Positions 25,941 through 39,628 of a DNA stretch of 64,000 bases are shown here, in pieces. The DNA comes from Yuukianura sp. NJ FZ-2021. Its lineage: Eukaryota. The stretch is taken from NCBI GenBank assembly GCA_046563655.1, contig CM102290.1:5208001-5272000 (forward strand), written 5' to 3'. The stretch's first letter is position 1; the number at the start of each line of letters is the position of its first letter. A program made the position numbers and the translations under genes. The notes beneath the pieces are model-generated. The model saw only the letters and a program-made list of their open reading frames with translations. It was not told where the DNA came from and did not search any database.

Positions 25941-26854
25941 TCCCTTTCAGAATTCGTCCAAAGTTATTTTGTCAAAAGTGCATTTTGTAATGAACTTGGA
26001 ATTTTTGAATATTTTTTTGAAACTGAACCAGATAGAGATCAACTTTCCTTGTTTTCGTGTTGTTCTAAAAGTCTTGTTTTAAAAATCGGACAAGAGATAA
26101 GAAGGGGTAGACTTTGTAGGATCATGACACGCTACAACAACCGACCTCTGCGTCTCTCTTTCTAAAAAGCCCAATTAGAACAAACATTTTCTAAAATTCT
26201 GGACCCTCTGTCCACTCACCCGAAACTGTTTTGAACAAAAGATCACATTTTCTTCAACAACTCAAGCTCGTTTGAACAGAAATGTTTGAACTTGAACAGA
26301 ACACGACCATGTTTGAACAAAACTCCTCTCAAAACATCTCCTCTCCTCTCCAATTTCTTACAAAACAAAACACTTTTGTTTTTAATCTTCTGGAAGATTC
26401 AAATGGACCCGCTTAAAAATGTTCAAAAGAACGAGACAGTTTTTTTTCAAAAATTGGAGCCACGCGTCCCACAAAAATTTCTGTTTTGATTTTCGTTTTT
26501 TTATTTATCAAGTCTAGAGGTGGTGAAAGTTCTACATTTTCAAAATTCTTTTCACTGTAAATAAATTTTGGTTTTTAAACAGAAGATTAAATACTTAGAA
26601 ATTAAAATATTTATGTACAGGATGTTCCAAAAAACGGGTTCAAAAAGTGGCAAATTTAAATTGACCCAACGTGTGTCACAGCACCATTGTAAACTGAGTT
26701 TTAGAAGCAAAAATTGACACTGGAATTTTTTGTTTTCAAAAAAGTTGGTTTCAATTTCGAATAGTTTGGAAAAATTTTTAATTTTGGTGATTGTTATCGA
26801 AGAAAAGGAAAACAAAAATTAAGTTTTTGTTAGGATTTTGTGTAGAAATTGAGG

Positions 26855-29705
26855 CTAAACGAGAGATGCGAGTTGTGACGTGCGTGGGGCTGAGACGATG
26901 GTGGGTGCAGGGGTGGGGTTTGCAGATGAAGTGGTGGGGTGGGGCGGTGGGGCCGTTGTGAATTGGGTGTAGTAGGCCGGCATGGGTGGGAATGGATGAT
27001 TTCCAGTAGCTGACATTCCGGAGGCTGATTCTGGAAGGGAATGATGAGCCTCGTGGTACAGAATAGGAACGCGAACGAGGCGCTGAGCAGTGTGGGCCAT
27101 TGACGATTCAATTTCCGCCGCAACTTGGCGCTTCCACTTATTTCGCCGATTTTGAAACCAAATTTTTACCTGGAATTTAAAAAAAAAATCAAATTTTCTT
27201 TTTCAAAAAAAGCTAAAATCAAAATGCTCAGCCGCAAACATTCCTAAAGTTTCTTAGAATTTCAATTTCCTTGAATTTTCTAAAACTGAAGTCGTCAAAC
27301 TCGAAATCTCAAATAATTTGAGTCTAAATTTAAAAAAAATTCACATTTTCTTTTTAAAGAAAGCAAAATTTAAAGCTTCTCATAAGCAAACCTTTCTAAA
27401 GTTTCTTAAAATTTCAATTTCCCGGAATCTGCTGAAATTGAAATTGCGGAACTCGGAATCTCGAATTATTTGAGCCGCGAAACGTGAAATTTTGAATCGC
27501 GAAACGTGAAATTTAGACGCGAAAAATGCTGTACCTGTGTCTCTGTCAAGTGTAGCGATGCTGCTAATCCTGCTCTTTCTGAACTGGACAAGTATCGCTT
27601 GAGGTCAAAGGTCGATTCGAGCTGGAAAACTTGACTTCTGGAGAAAACAGTCCTTGTTTTCTTTTTCCTCTTGCTGCCATTGGGTCCTCCGTTGCTGCTG
27701 CCCGTGCTGCCGTTGAGCGAACTGTTGCTCGGCTTGTTGCCACCGCTTCCTGGCGACGTCAGTGACGACTTGTCGCCACCCAGATGACGATGGATGTGGT
27801 GGTTCTCGAGAGATCCAAGTTCTGGAGGGGTCGATGACCTCCGACCTCCTCGTCCAGACTCCTCCTTTGTCTCTGTGTCTGACTCAAATTCATCTTCATT
27901 CCCGTCTTCACTCTCAAGGTCATGACCTCCCGCCTTATTTTCAACTGAAATGTCAATCGAACTGTCGGCAGAATTCGGACGACCATCCGACGAGTAGCAG
28001 TCGCTCGCCAGGCCTTCAACGGGAGATCTCTGCTCCAGTTTCACTTTTAAAAATAACGAAAACTTATTTTTGAAATTGATTTTTCAGAACAGATCAAGGT
28101 GAGTTAGCAAGCAGATTGTTGATTTCTACAACAGGTTATTCAATATTTCGAATTTGTTAATTTTGTTAAATAATTTGCAAAACTGGCTTCGCCGTGCCTT
28201 TCTTTGGTAATGATATGCATGTATAATGTAATGGGAATGGGCTCAAAAATTGTTTCCACCAAGATTTTTGAAACTTCCGACTTATTGAACAACCTATTGT
28301 AGAGAATACAATTTGGTTCTCAAGGAACCTTGAAATAGACTTTTTGGAAAAGTTGTCAAGGTCATTGGTTTTTACCCAGAGGTCGATGGGTCCCTTGGTG
28401 AGCAGGGGGTGGTGACCTGGGGAAGGGCCCCCCCTGGGCCCTTAGCCCCAAAGGTTGCGTGAGAGATGACCAAGGGTACCAGCAGGCGGCGGCGGAGCGT
28501 TGAAAGTCCGTGCCACCGTAAAGGCTGAGCAGAGCCGCCGAATGTTGGTGGGAAAATGCAAGGGGAGAGACTAGGCCCAATCTGAAATTCAAAAACGAAA
28601 TTACACACTACATTTAACACCTAAAAGTAAAAGTGAGTTAATTGTTGAGCTGGTTAAGTTTGTAATTAAGTTAATGTTGTTCTAGAGGGAACCTGTTTTT
28701 AATTTGACATGACCTTTGTAATTTGGATCCAATTAGATAGGACCAAGAAACTGGAGAAGCTCAAAGAACGGAAAAGTTCCTAATTAGTTTACAGCAAAAG
28801 TCGACTTTCTCCAGCCAAAAGAAAAACAAGGTCCAAAAAACAGGTTTTAACTTTAACATGTTTGAACACATTTTTAAACTGTTTGAACAAGAACGAGAAC
28901 AAGAAATTTTGGTTTCAAAAAAGCAATTTTCCATGAAACACATGAAATTGGTTAAATTTTCTGAAAAAAATTTTTTTTTGACAAATTATATGAGTAAGAT
29001 TAAGGATTTGAAATTTTGGTGAAATTTCGATGAAGAAAGTTTCAGTTGTTGGAGAATTTTTTTTTGAGGGGAAAAAGAAACCAAAAAAGTTGAAAGTTGA
29101 AAAGCGGATTTGGAAGAGATTTTGAAAATGGTTTCCAGACAGTCGGAAGTGGGAAAGTTGAAATTTGAAGCGAAAAGGCTTCGTAGTGAGGAATTAGTCT
29201 GAGTCTCATCACTTCCTAAAACCCGCTTATTTTCAAAACCACAATAAATTTCATAATTTCAGCTCTTCAAAGTTTCAAAATTTTCAAAAACTTCAAAATT
29301 TGGAAAAGTCTAAAGTGCTTAACAACGAAACAAGAATCTAACTTTCGTATTCAACCGTACAGAAAAAACGTTGAGAATTTTTTTTTAACTTTGAATTTTA
29401 TAAATTTTTTTTTTGAAAAAATACCTTGCTAGAATGTTCGTGTCTTGTGAAATGAGTGGATCTGCTGGATCGAATTCCTTCGTAACTTTGTAACTGGGTG
29501 ACATTTGGTGGGGATGAAGTTGGTGGTGGAGATGATGATGGTGGGACTTGGACGAAGCCAAAATACTTGCAATTGAAAAGGGAGAAATTTTGGTGGGGCT
29601 GGACCCACTTCCAAGCTGCCCAGCTTTTCTATTCACTGGACTCGGACTCCTCGTCACGTGAACTGGGCTGGAAGAGGAGCTGGAGTCGGACATTTCACGC
29701 GGCAT
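26855..29705 (-). CDS. Hmx: Hmx (NK5/H6) homeobox transcription factor, 4 exons
   Basis: Exons 29705-29425 (eh1 motif FSIASIL), 28581-28376, 28043-27535 and 27169-26855. Homeodomain [60 protein letters not shown], followed by the Hmx-type [13 protein letters not shown] motif. Confidence 0.95.
28095..28332. mobile_element. CAAGG MITE copy 3 (fills most of Hmx intron 2)
   Basis: caagg... start and ...gttctcaaggaaccttg end. Core ccgtgcctt shared with copies 4 and 5. Flanks gaacagat/aaatagac. Confidence 0.7.
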
Positions 29706-32700
29706 TTCACTTTTCACTTTCAATTTCTCACTTTTTAGTTTCAATTTCTCACTTTTCACTTCAGCGGGGTCACGAGGTCAACTCACTTTTCAATTTCTTT
29801 GGAATTTTAGTTCGAAATTTACCACAAACTCAAACTTTCTCCTCCACTCCTAAACTTTTTCGTTTCAATTTTTCCCAGAAAAAGTTGCTTCTCGTGACAC
29901 GTTCAAATTTTGACTAAATTTGAAGGAGTGCGGAAGGAGCAATTTCCGAGTTGATTCCTGGGCCTTCGGGAGCGGTGCAGGTCGTCTCCTGCTTGTTTTT
30001 TTTTTTTGCGCAACCCCCCTCCTCGTGCTCGTTTACGGGATTGGTTTATCAGTGGAAGCAATACAGTTTTTACCGTCACACTTTGAACATCCCCGCCTTT
30101 TTGCCCAACCAAAAACATGCGTCCTCCATTTCACTTCCAACACAAGACCTTAGAAACCTTCCCACTTAAGACTTGGCCTTTGAGACTTCAAGCACCCACC
30201 AACCACTGCCTATCTTCAATCACGACCAACACTCGCTTCGACCCACGCTTAAACTCCTACGCTCAATTCACTGCGATCAACGCTTCAACAGCGGCGGTTA
30301 AGCGTTTAAACCAACCTTAATTCCACTTTTTCAACCTTGAACCAAAATTTTTTGAGTTTTATAGACGCTTAGTTTCCGATTTTCAACTGTAATCACAATT
30401 TTTGAAGTCTATTTAATGCTAAATCAACATTTTTTTTGTTTTGGTTACGCTAAATCCAAGATTTTTATGTTTAGCCGAACTTTAGCCGGGAATTCTTAAA
30501 GTATAAACGAATTTTAAACGGCGTTTCTCAAACGTATGACGACATTGATGAAGAAAAAAACCTGTTTTCCAAAAATGTGGGAAAATCTGCACAAATTTGA
30601 AAAATTTTAGCCGGACTTTAACAAAAAATCTAAATTTGAAAAAATATACGTGAATTTGTAGAAAAAAAAAGTAAGCACTAACTATATTAATTTTTGAGGC
30701 CTCACGACATCATAAAAGAACCGAGAAAGTTGGGAGGCCACGGCGATGTTTTTTTTTTACATTGAAATTTTTGCCGTTTGTCTGAAAACTTGTGAAAGTT
30801 ATGCTTTTTTCAGTAAATTGACAATGCTGGTAAATTCGAAACTTTTTTTTAAAATCTGTTCCGTAGTCTGCGGTCATCGTTCCAGGAAGACTAAAATCAG
30901 TCAAAGTGAAACCTGATACGCGCGATCGGCGCGTGTTTTGACGTTTCACTTTTGTCTATTTCCAGACCCGCTCGGTTTCTATGGTTTCCTTCTTCATTTG
31001 GTCTAATGACTGGACTTCAGACAGACTTAGGTACTTAAGGGAAAGTGGAGGGGGGGGGGTAAAGAAGAGGGGGGGGGTGATTGAAGCACTCAAGGCACCC
31101 CCACCCCCTCTCTATTATCCCCCCCCCCTTGTTTAGCGTAGTGGCTCTCCAGTGTCCATTTCTTGCCTTCCAGGAACTTTCTCTCCCAATTTCCGAGAGC
31201 CTTTGTTGTGGAAAGTGGACGCGTGGAAAGTTAGAGTAGAGAGATCTGTTGTGAAGGAGTCTCAGGATTAGTTACCCACTAAAACTACCATCCATTCTCT
31301 TTCTTTTGTCTCCACCAACCTACTCGACTTTCTCCGTCCTTTTCATGTTTTCAAAAAAACGAAACTTTTTCTAAGAGTCTGAAAAGAGAAAAAAAACTTT
31401 TGAGAATAAACAAGGAGAAAGTTTTCTTTTATTTCCTCTGAATTTGTGTGGAAAAAGGGAAATTTGAAATTGGAGTTTCCGTTCCCGCCTTCACACTCCA
31501 TCACTATCAGAAGTAGAGAAAGTGCTCGATCACTTTCCCGCTTGATTTAAAAAACCAATTTCAAATGAAACCTCTGCCACCACTCTCCCACTTTCACTCA
31601 CTCTCACTCTACCAAATTATTCTCCAGAGATACAAATCTCTGAGCGTCAGGAATCAAGGGGCAGAGTCTTTGCCCCCCCCCCCCATAATAACCCCCCCCC
31701 CACTAGTGAGAGGGGGGGGGGTAGAATTTTTGGCTGGAAATAACATACTGATTCAAAAAAAGAAGGGGGGGGGGCGTTCCTGCAAAAAGAAATGACTGTA
31801 AGTTTTGATGATGGACGTTTATGGTCCTATTTGGATTGATTACAACCTCGGGTGGACTTGTGGAGAGGATTGATTTCAGGTTTTTAGCCTAACGTGCCTA
31901 ACCTATTGTAGCCTAACGTGAAACCTAATGTAGCCTAACGCAAAACCTAACGTATTCTACAGATTTCAGGTTAAGAAGGGGTTGAATTAATTGCAAACCC
32001 TCGCTTCTCAACGTATCAGATTCAGTTTCAAATTGGAACATCCGCGCTCTGCTTCAACTTCATTTCAAATTCAAAACTGTAATTATTAAGTTAGGGGGAG
32101 GAGAGGGGAGGGGTCAGAAATTTGAGAATTTTCAAAATTTCTGCAACTAACTTTATACTACACAAAATTTATTTCTTTTTGACCTTGAAATTTAAGAAAA
32201 CAGAAACTGTACCAAAAAATTTCATGTCCCCCTTGCCCCACCGGTGCAGTTGATATAAAACACTTTGTATTTTGTGTGATTGTTTGAAATTGTTTAGAAT
32301 TAAGTTCTTTATCCAAAAATGAAGAGAGTCCGGTATAAAATAATTGAAGAGTGCCAGAGAGGATGGAGTAATTGGAAACTTATTTGGTTTTTTTTCGTAT
32401 TGTGGCGCTTGTTCATCGTTTCAGTTTGCCCTCCTATAAATAGTTTACAATAACAATCATTTTCCACTTCCTTTTGTTAGGATTGTGTGGGGTGCTTATC
32501 AATTTGAGGTACTTCGAAGGGCCCTGCAAGAAAAATGAGAGCCCTTGAAGTCTCATCTGTCAGAACAAACTGCTTAGCAGCTCAGAATGGGAACTCAAAT
32601 GAATAAAGTGCGGCAGAGGGAGGAGCCCTTTGTCATTCAACCGAAAACTTCTAAACAATCTCTAAAAAACTCAGGACTGTAATTTCAATTGTGCAAACAA

Positions 32701-33391
32701 CTGTCAAAAACTCATTTTTGGAAAAAAAGAATCGAAATTTTTCAAAATTTGGTTTGGGATTGTAGAACTAAAAAAAAGCAGAAACTGATAAACTTATTAA
32801 ACTCCGTTCCAACAATTTCTCCAAAATTGTAAATAAAGTTTGAAATTTTAGAAATGTTTTACATTTCATGCAATTTCGGAGTTTAGATTAAAAAAAAATT
32901 GGATGTTCCAGCTCACAAGGGGATGTTTCAACTCAACTTTTGAAAAAATTTGAAACCGTTTTTTGAATTCATATTTTTGAAAACATGAATGGAATTGAAG
33001 TGGAGCAGAGTGAAAAGCTGTTGATAAAGTATGCGGTTTGGATACAAATTGGATTAAGGAAGAAGCTTCTTTCCTTGTGTTAGGTTAGTTTTGTCTTCCT
33101 TGCGTCGAGACAACATTAGGCTAAGGGTACGTTAAGGGGGGCCCTTTGACACAAAGAAAGACGAGGAGAGCCTTTGTGGTGACATTGTGATCTTAAGAGC
33201 CCTTGGCCACAATAAGTCTCACCCATTATTATATTGTTTGTTTGCTCACTCCGTGTTAAATGGAACACTTCCATTCTTCGGTGTTAGGTAATCACTTCTA
33301 AGGGCTCCCTCCCTCACGGTTCAAATAACCGCGCCCTTGTCACCCATTACAACGGTTTTCTCAAAATCTATTTTCAAAAAACACAAAAACG

Positions 33392-33651
33392 CAAGGTTCC
33401 TATAGCAACGAAATGGTTTTCCTTTAGCAGGTTAGGCAATAAGTTCTGTTTTTTCTCAATTTTTTTTTTCTGAATTTGTGGAAAGCAATTTTTCCCCACA
33501 TTTTCCTCTAATCCCATTTGATTATATATAAATCATTGTCATAGGAAGGCACGGTGAACCAAGTTTGGCTAAATTTTTAACAAAACTTAAAAAGTTCGAG
33601 TTATTGTCTAACCTGTTGAAGAAAAAACTAATTTCTAGTTTACAAACCTTG
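33392..33651. mobile_element. CAAGG MITE copy 4
   Basis: TIRs caaggttcc...caggttaggcaataa / ttattgtctaacctg...aaccttg. Core aatcattgtcataggaaggcacggtgaaccaagttt is the near reverse complement of copy 5's core. Confidence 0.75.
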
Positions 33652-36592
33652 CTAAAGTGTTTTGGTAGTAAAACTGAAAAACTGAACAATTTAATTCACA
33701 GAACACATTCAGCTGTGAGTTTTTTTTTAATTTTGAGTTTTATTTTTGTTTAGCAGAGTTGAAAATTTTTCAACAAAATATTGAGTTTTTAGAATTAAAT
33801 TTTTGAATTTGATTTAAATTCGTCGTTTTTTTCACTTTCCTTTGAAATTGAGTAGTTCACTTTAGCTATTTTGTTGAAAAAGTGTTTTTGTAATCAAAGT
33901 TTGAAATCTTTGGACAAAGATTGAGTTGATTTTAAGTGATACAACTCACGCAATTTACGTGTAAAGATCCTTGTTGGATTTGGCGGCTTTTTGGAAGAAA
34001 GGAGATCAGAAGGGAAAAAGTTCCGAAAAATCTCCTTTTCAAAAAAGAATGTAAAGTTTTTGGTTTGTTTTCAATTAGCGTAAAACGTCTCGTGGAAGGC
34101 ATAAGGTGGGGTGCAGAAGAGGCTGTTTAATCCCGCTGAAAAGCCCATTGTCATCCTCTTCCATCTTCCACTTTTTCTTTTGGTGTGTTAAAATCTGTAA
34201 AAGCGTGTAAAAGTGTAAGTACTCCAAAGTACTCCTCTTAAGTTTCACAAAACTAATCTCAAGTATTCTCTTTTCTTTTATGGATTACTAAGCGCCAAAG
34301 CGGATTTTTCCATTTCAGCATTCCATACCAACATAAAACAAAATTTAAAAAAAAACAAAGAAAACATAAATTTTGTAAAATCAAAATTTAACAATTTGAG
34401 TGAAAACTTTTGGATGAAAACTGTTGATATTTTGTGATTGGAGTAATAGCTGAAACACAAAACTGGTTTTGAAATTAGAGTAATTGATTTGACGTTTTTG
34501 AAAGCGGAAAAAAGAGTGGAGGGAGTAACTAATAATCTTTTGGGCTATGTGTAAGCCCTTCTGACCAACTTTTCCCTAATTGGAAATACTCTTTTTGATT
34601 CTTTCTCTCACTCAAAGAGAAAGTAGAACCAGATGAGGATTTGGATCTAAGATAAGAACTCAAGTGATTTTTAATCTACAGTGATTAAATCATACACTTT
34701 TCATCGATTACAGTCACTCCCCAGAGGAAAATTAACCTGATGTCGAAAAACTTTCACAAGGAAACGAAATAAAGAAAAAACTATTTTCAAAAATAATATT
34801 GAATGGGGTCTACTCATGAGGCAATTTTAAGCTAACTCGTTAAATTTCGAACTTTGATTTTCATTGAAAGTTAAAACGTTAGTTTAAAACTCTGAAATTA
34901 ATCGATAAAAAGTAAGAATGAGTGAAACTGGGTGTTGAGTGGAGCTTAAGCGGAAGACGAGGGAGTGAATACATGGGGACTGAATGATCTTTGATGATTT
35001 ATCCGACTTCATCTCCAACTCATCACCAAATTGAACTTTTTCTTTTCATCAGCTTTGAGCACCACACACGCAACAGCATAAAGTCAAAACTTTCCTTTTC
35101 TTTATTCAAAAGTGGTTGGGGGCCCTTCAAGTTGGGGGGCCCTTGAGCAGCTAATCAGTCAATTTAATCCCATCCACAACTTCATCAAACTCCAATCACA
35201 CCACATTTGTTACTAAACACAATGCAATAATTTTTGGTTCGGAGAAATCTACAATTTAAAAAAAACTAAGATTTTGGAAATTGAAAATTTTCAATTTTAA
35301 TTTTGGAAATGCCATGTTTGAAAGGACTTAAGTGATGAAAGTGAGCTGATTTCTGATTTCATCAGAAGATGAAACAGTTTTTGGATTTCAAAAGTTGCCC
35401 AAACTGTGTTCAAAGTTCAAAATTGGAGCGGATGCCCACGAGTGAAAGTGGACCTTTGAAGACTTTCACTTTCACTTATTACTTTCCAAAATGACTTTTT
35501 GTGGAAATTGTTAATGTTAAAAGTTAGGTTAGCATTAAGGTTAATGTTGGGAGATGAAAGGGCCCCCCTTGGACCCCTTGATGTTTCCTCTGGTCCTTCA
35601 TTAGACATAACCTTTGTCTCCCTTTATGAAATCCCCCCATTATCCACCACTCAGCACTTTCACTTCCCCCGTCCATCCACTTTCACTTTCTAATCACTCC
35701 CCTCCTCCCTCCTCCCTCCTCCTCATGACGACCAAAGGGAGACTCACTTCCACACAACAAAAACCGCAACAACCAAACACCCCACAGCTATCATTAGTTC
35801 AACAATTCCGTCAAAGGACCATAACTCCACAAAACTCTTTCAAACTCTCAAAAACCCTTTCAAAACTCTCAAAAACTCTTCAAACAAAACTCGCGTTGTC
35901 CACAAAAGGAATTATTTTTGTCCAAGGGAAAAGTCAAACCCAATTACTCTTCCTCAAAAACTTTCACTGTCAAAGGACCACTCCAACTTTACATTTTTGA
36001 ATTTAGTACTTTTAAATTTTCCCTCCGGATTTTTCTGGTTTTGGAAAAACTTTTTTTAAATTTTAACACACACGACTTTAGGCTTTGTTTGAAATTCTAG
36101 CGGCTTAGGAACTTAAAAATTTAAGATTCTTTTGGAAAACGAAAAGAAGAAATCGGGTGAAGAGATTTTTTAAATGGAATTGAAGCGGATTTTGAATTTG
36201 GAGCCACTTTGGAAGTGGTAAGAGGAAAATGGAGGCGCACTTTCACTCAATTCCTTCCGCAACTTTCTCCCAAAGTCCATCCAAAGCTGCAGAGTGTCCA
36301 AAGACCCCTTACCCCCTAGGGACCCTTGAACTAACACCAATTTCACAAGGGGAGGGGACCTTTTGCTTTCACCTCCAACAAAATTACACATTTCATCCCA
36401 TTTGAACTTCAAATTTTCATTTTTCAACCTCATGTTTCATTTTCCTCAAAAATGGACTTTTTTTGAAAAATTTAGAAACTGCAAAAAATTTACAAAAAAT
36501 TGAAAATCTAGTTGGCGAAACTGAGTAAGAATTTGTGAGCCCTTTAAGTCCCCACCACGAACCCAGTTTTGCGAAGATGCCCAAAAGTGTAT

Positions 36593-36655
36593 TCCGGTCG
36601 AGTGGTTGAAGTCTCTTCCTAATTCGAGTAATCCGGGGGTTCAAATCCCACAGAA
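36593..36655 (+). mobile_element. tRNA-derived SINE head (decayed)
   Basis: A-box-like ggtcgagtggtt and B-box-like ggttcaaatccc at tRNA-like spacing. No convincing acceptor stem. Confidence 0.4.
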
Positions 36656-37039
36656 TGGAGACTTGGAGAGCCTAAACAAGAACAGCAGGGTTCCAAGGGC
36701 CCTCCCCAAGGATCGGATTAACACTGGCTAACACGAAATCCAAACAATGGACAGAAGCAAATAGCCCTCATGCTGGTCCATTGTTGCAAGAGTTGTTGCA
36801 GAGGAGCCCTTAAGTCTCTCCCGTGATCTGAAGGGAGTCATAACTTAACATTGGAGTGATGGATACTTTGAGCAGTGGAGTGATGGATACTTTCCCAATT
36901 TCTTTTGAAGGAGCCAGATCCGATCCGATTAGTCGGCAAATTGGAAAGACTCTGGCGTCCATTTCACCTTATTCTCTTCTGCTTCAATCAAAACTCAAAT
37001 GTTGTTTCAAACAAAGTCCCTTGGCGGTTAGGTTAATGT

Positions 37040-37238
37040 TAACCTAACCTGGCGGGTAACTCAGAAGCCACGACGCATGTACCGCCAGCGGAACACCTTC
37101 AAGGGACAGGGGGGCCCTTGGACACGCTTCGGAGACTTCGCCGCTCTTGATTCAACTTGACTCGTTTGATTCTGGTTTAAATTTAGCAAATAAACAGACA
37201 TACCGACAAGGTCGATAAAATAGCTTTCGCTACTTAAC
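37040..37238 (-). mobile_element. Partial Helentron/HINE-like element
   Basis: Minus-strand 5' end ttaagtagcgaaagctattttat matches the element ending at 55368. The left boundary is approximate. Confidence 0.45.
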
Positions 37239-37407
37239 AACAACAGTTTTTATTTCAAAATATGTTTACGTATGCACTAATTTTTTATGATTTTTCAGTT
37301 ATTTTAGAACATTTTTTGAACACTTATTTTTTGTTGTAAGATGTTTTGAAAACTTCTTTTTTTTTCGGTTGAAGGTGGCTGGTTTTTTTGAAAACTTGTT
37401 TTTTTTT

Positions 37408-38761
37408 TCAAACTCTTTTGGTGATGACCAAAAAGCAGGCGAAGGTGACCGTAACGACGTTGAAGAAAGCCACAATGCATCCAACTACACCAAAAATGAA
37501 CAACTGATGATCCAAGGTTGACATGACCTTGCCAAGACAGCCCTACAAAAAATCATGTCAAAGGTCAAAGGTCACCTCGGGCATGACTCTTCCTGTACTT
37601 GTCTTACCTCAACATAGATGGATTCGTGAGCTTTGGGATTGTCCGGTAACATGTTCTGTCCGCAGTACTTGGCTTCGGCCTGCTTAAGGGCCCGTTTGGC
37701 CTTGAGACAACACGACGTGGGTACTTTGAGACTCGTGAGGCCAAAGTCCACACTTTGCCAATCCATGTAGTTCTTCACTCCACAACACTTGTACTGCAAG
37801 AATCAAAGGAAATGTTAGCTTCTGAGGTCAAGAGGTCAATGGTCAAAGGTCAACCTTCTCCTGAAGACTGTCCCAGGCACGGGTCATCTGAGCACTGTTT
37901 TCGTGGTTGCTGTTTCCGTAGTCCATCATGAGTTCCATCAAGCGATCAGTCATGAGCTCATTTCCATGCATTTTGCCAAAACACGTTCCAGCAGCAGAGA
38001 GCTGAGCCAAGGCAATCACTGACATCAACACGCAGTACTAAAAACAAATTAATAAATTATATTAATATAAAATTATATGATATTAGGGACGTTGTGTTAA
38101 ATTATCTAGTTTTTATAAATTCTATATTTCCTATCAACTCCCTAATTCCTATAAATTCTCTACTTTTATAAATTATATAATTCCTATAAATTATACACTT
38201 GTCTTTTTATAAATTCCATAATTTCCTATAAATTATCTACTTTTAGATAACTTTAAAAAAACTTTAGTCTTCCTATAAATTTTATACTCTCAATAAATTC
38301 TATACTTACTATAAATTCCATACTTTCTATAAGTTCTATAAATTATTTATAACACAACCCCATTATAAATAATTACATTACAAACATCGTATTACCATGA
38401 GATATAGGAATGGTCTTTTCATCAACTGCGCCAACAGACCCACGACCACCGCCAGTATGAGAAATGATGCGCAGATGTCGTAGATCATGGCCATCCCTCC
38501 GGTGACATTCAGCTCAATGTCGCCCATTGTATTTTTCTCTTCGACCTGCGCCGTATTAGCCACCACAAACATACCTACCGCCAACATCTACAAAACCATC
38601 AAAATTATTAATTAAACCAAAAGTAATTAACTCAAATTAACTAATTAACACCTTACAATTGCAATTGCATGAAACACAAAGAACGTAATGTGAATCCCTT
38701 TGCCGGACTTTGGAACTCCACCGTGATGGTGGCGCCGTCGCCCTTGATTTTCCTCATACAT
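37408..38761 (-). CDS. Tetraspanin, 5 exons
   Basis: MYEENQGRRR...FFVFHAIAI|MLAVGMFVV...|YCVLMSVIALAQL...WDSLQEK|YKCCGV...PTSCC...C...|GCLGK...FACFLVITKRV*. Four TM segments with the CCG, PxSCC and GC motifs of the large extracellular loop. Confidence 0.9.
38090..38375. repeat. AT-rich degenerate minisatellite ((t/c)ctataaatt units) in tetraspanin intron
   Basis: Repeated ttcctataaatt / ttttataaatt units. Confidence 0.6.
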
Positions 38762-39528
38762 TATGTAAAAGGGGTCCCTCGGACGTCGTCTCAACTTTGG
38801 CCAATTCAGTTTGACAGCTCAAATTTTACAGTTCAAGGTCAAAAAAGCAGAGTTCGAGCAGAGGTCAAGGACAGGTCAATTTGAGCAGTACAGCAAACGA
38901 GCAACTCCAAAATCCGAAAACGAAAAATCCAAAATCAGAAACCGAGAAAGCTGAAAATGAAAAGTTTGTTTCGTGGTCCTTTGATCATTTCTAAATGTTG
39001 TTTCCATGGAGACGGTCCGAAGCTCTTAGTTCCGTCAAATGCGATTTGGTCTTGTGGGAAAATAGTGTTTTGATCCAGTTCGGAGTGTGATTCTTAGAGA
39101 GTTGAATTATTCATGACATCGGGGTGTCTGGATGGGGGTGGACTTGAGAGTGACTGGATCTTGTTTTCACTTGGAAGGAAACGAACTTATCTAATTTGGA
39201 TTCGGTAACCCTCAAAATGGAACGCCGAAATGGAAGTGTGGTGGCATTTCTTCCACTTCACCAAAAACCGGACGTCACAAACTACGTCACCATCAAAAAC
39301 CCGCTAAAATTGCAGGGCACAATTTTCACAATCCCAGTTCCCCAGAAAAAAAATTTGTCCCAAACCATTTTAAAACTTATTTCTTCACTATGAAACTATA
39401 AAAAATTGCTATGAGCCAAAATCATTTTTTTTGAAAGGTTTATACCGAACCCAAAGTTTTTCTTCAGGGAAAATTTTTTTGCTCAAATTTTTTCGATAAT
39501 TTTTCTTTTGTTCGTTTTCGTTTTTCGG

Positions 39529-39628
39529 ATACCTAAAATTTCTTCTTGATGAATTCTACATACCTAAAATTTCTTCTTGATGAAGTCTACCTGACTCTCA
39601 GGAATACCTAAAATTTCTTCTTGATGAA
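39529..39628. repeat. Three copies of atacctaaaatttcttcttgatgaa
   Basis: Identical 25-mer at ~39529, 39560 and 39604. Confidence 0.8.

Noticed and set aside
39529..39628. CRISPR-like repeat of an identical 25-mer
   Set aside because: Only 3 copies, spacers of ~6 and ~19 bp, eukaryotic context and no cas genes; a local tandem duplication.
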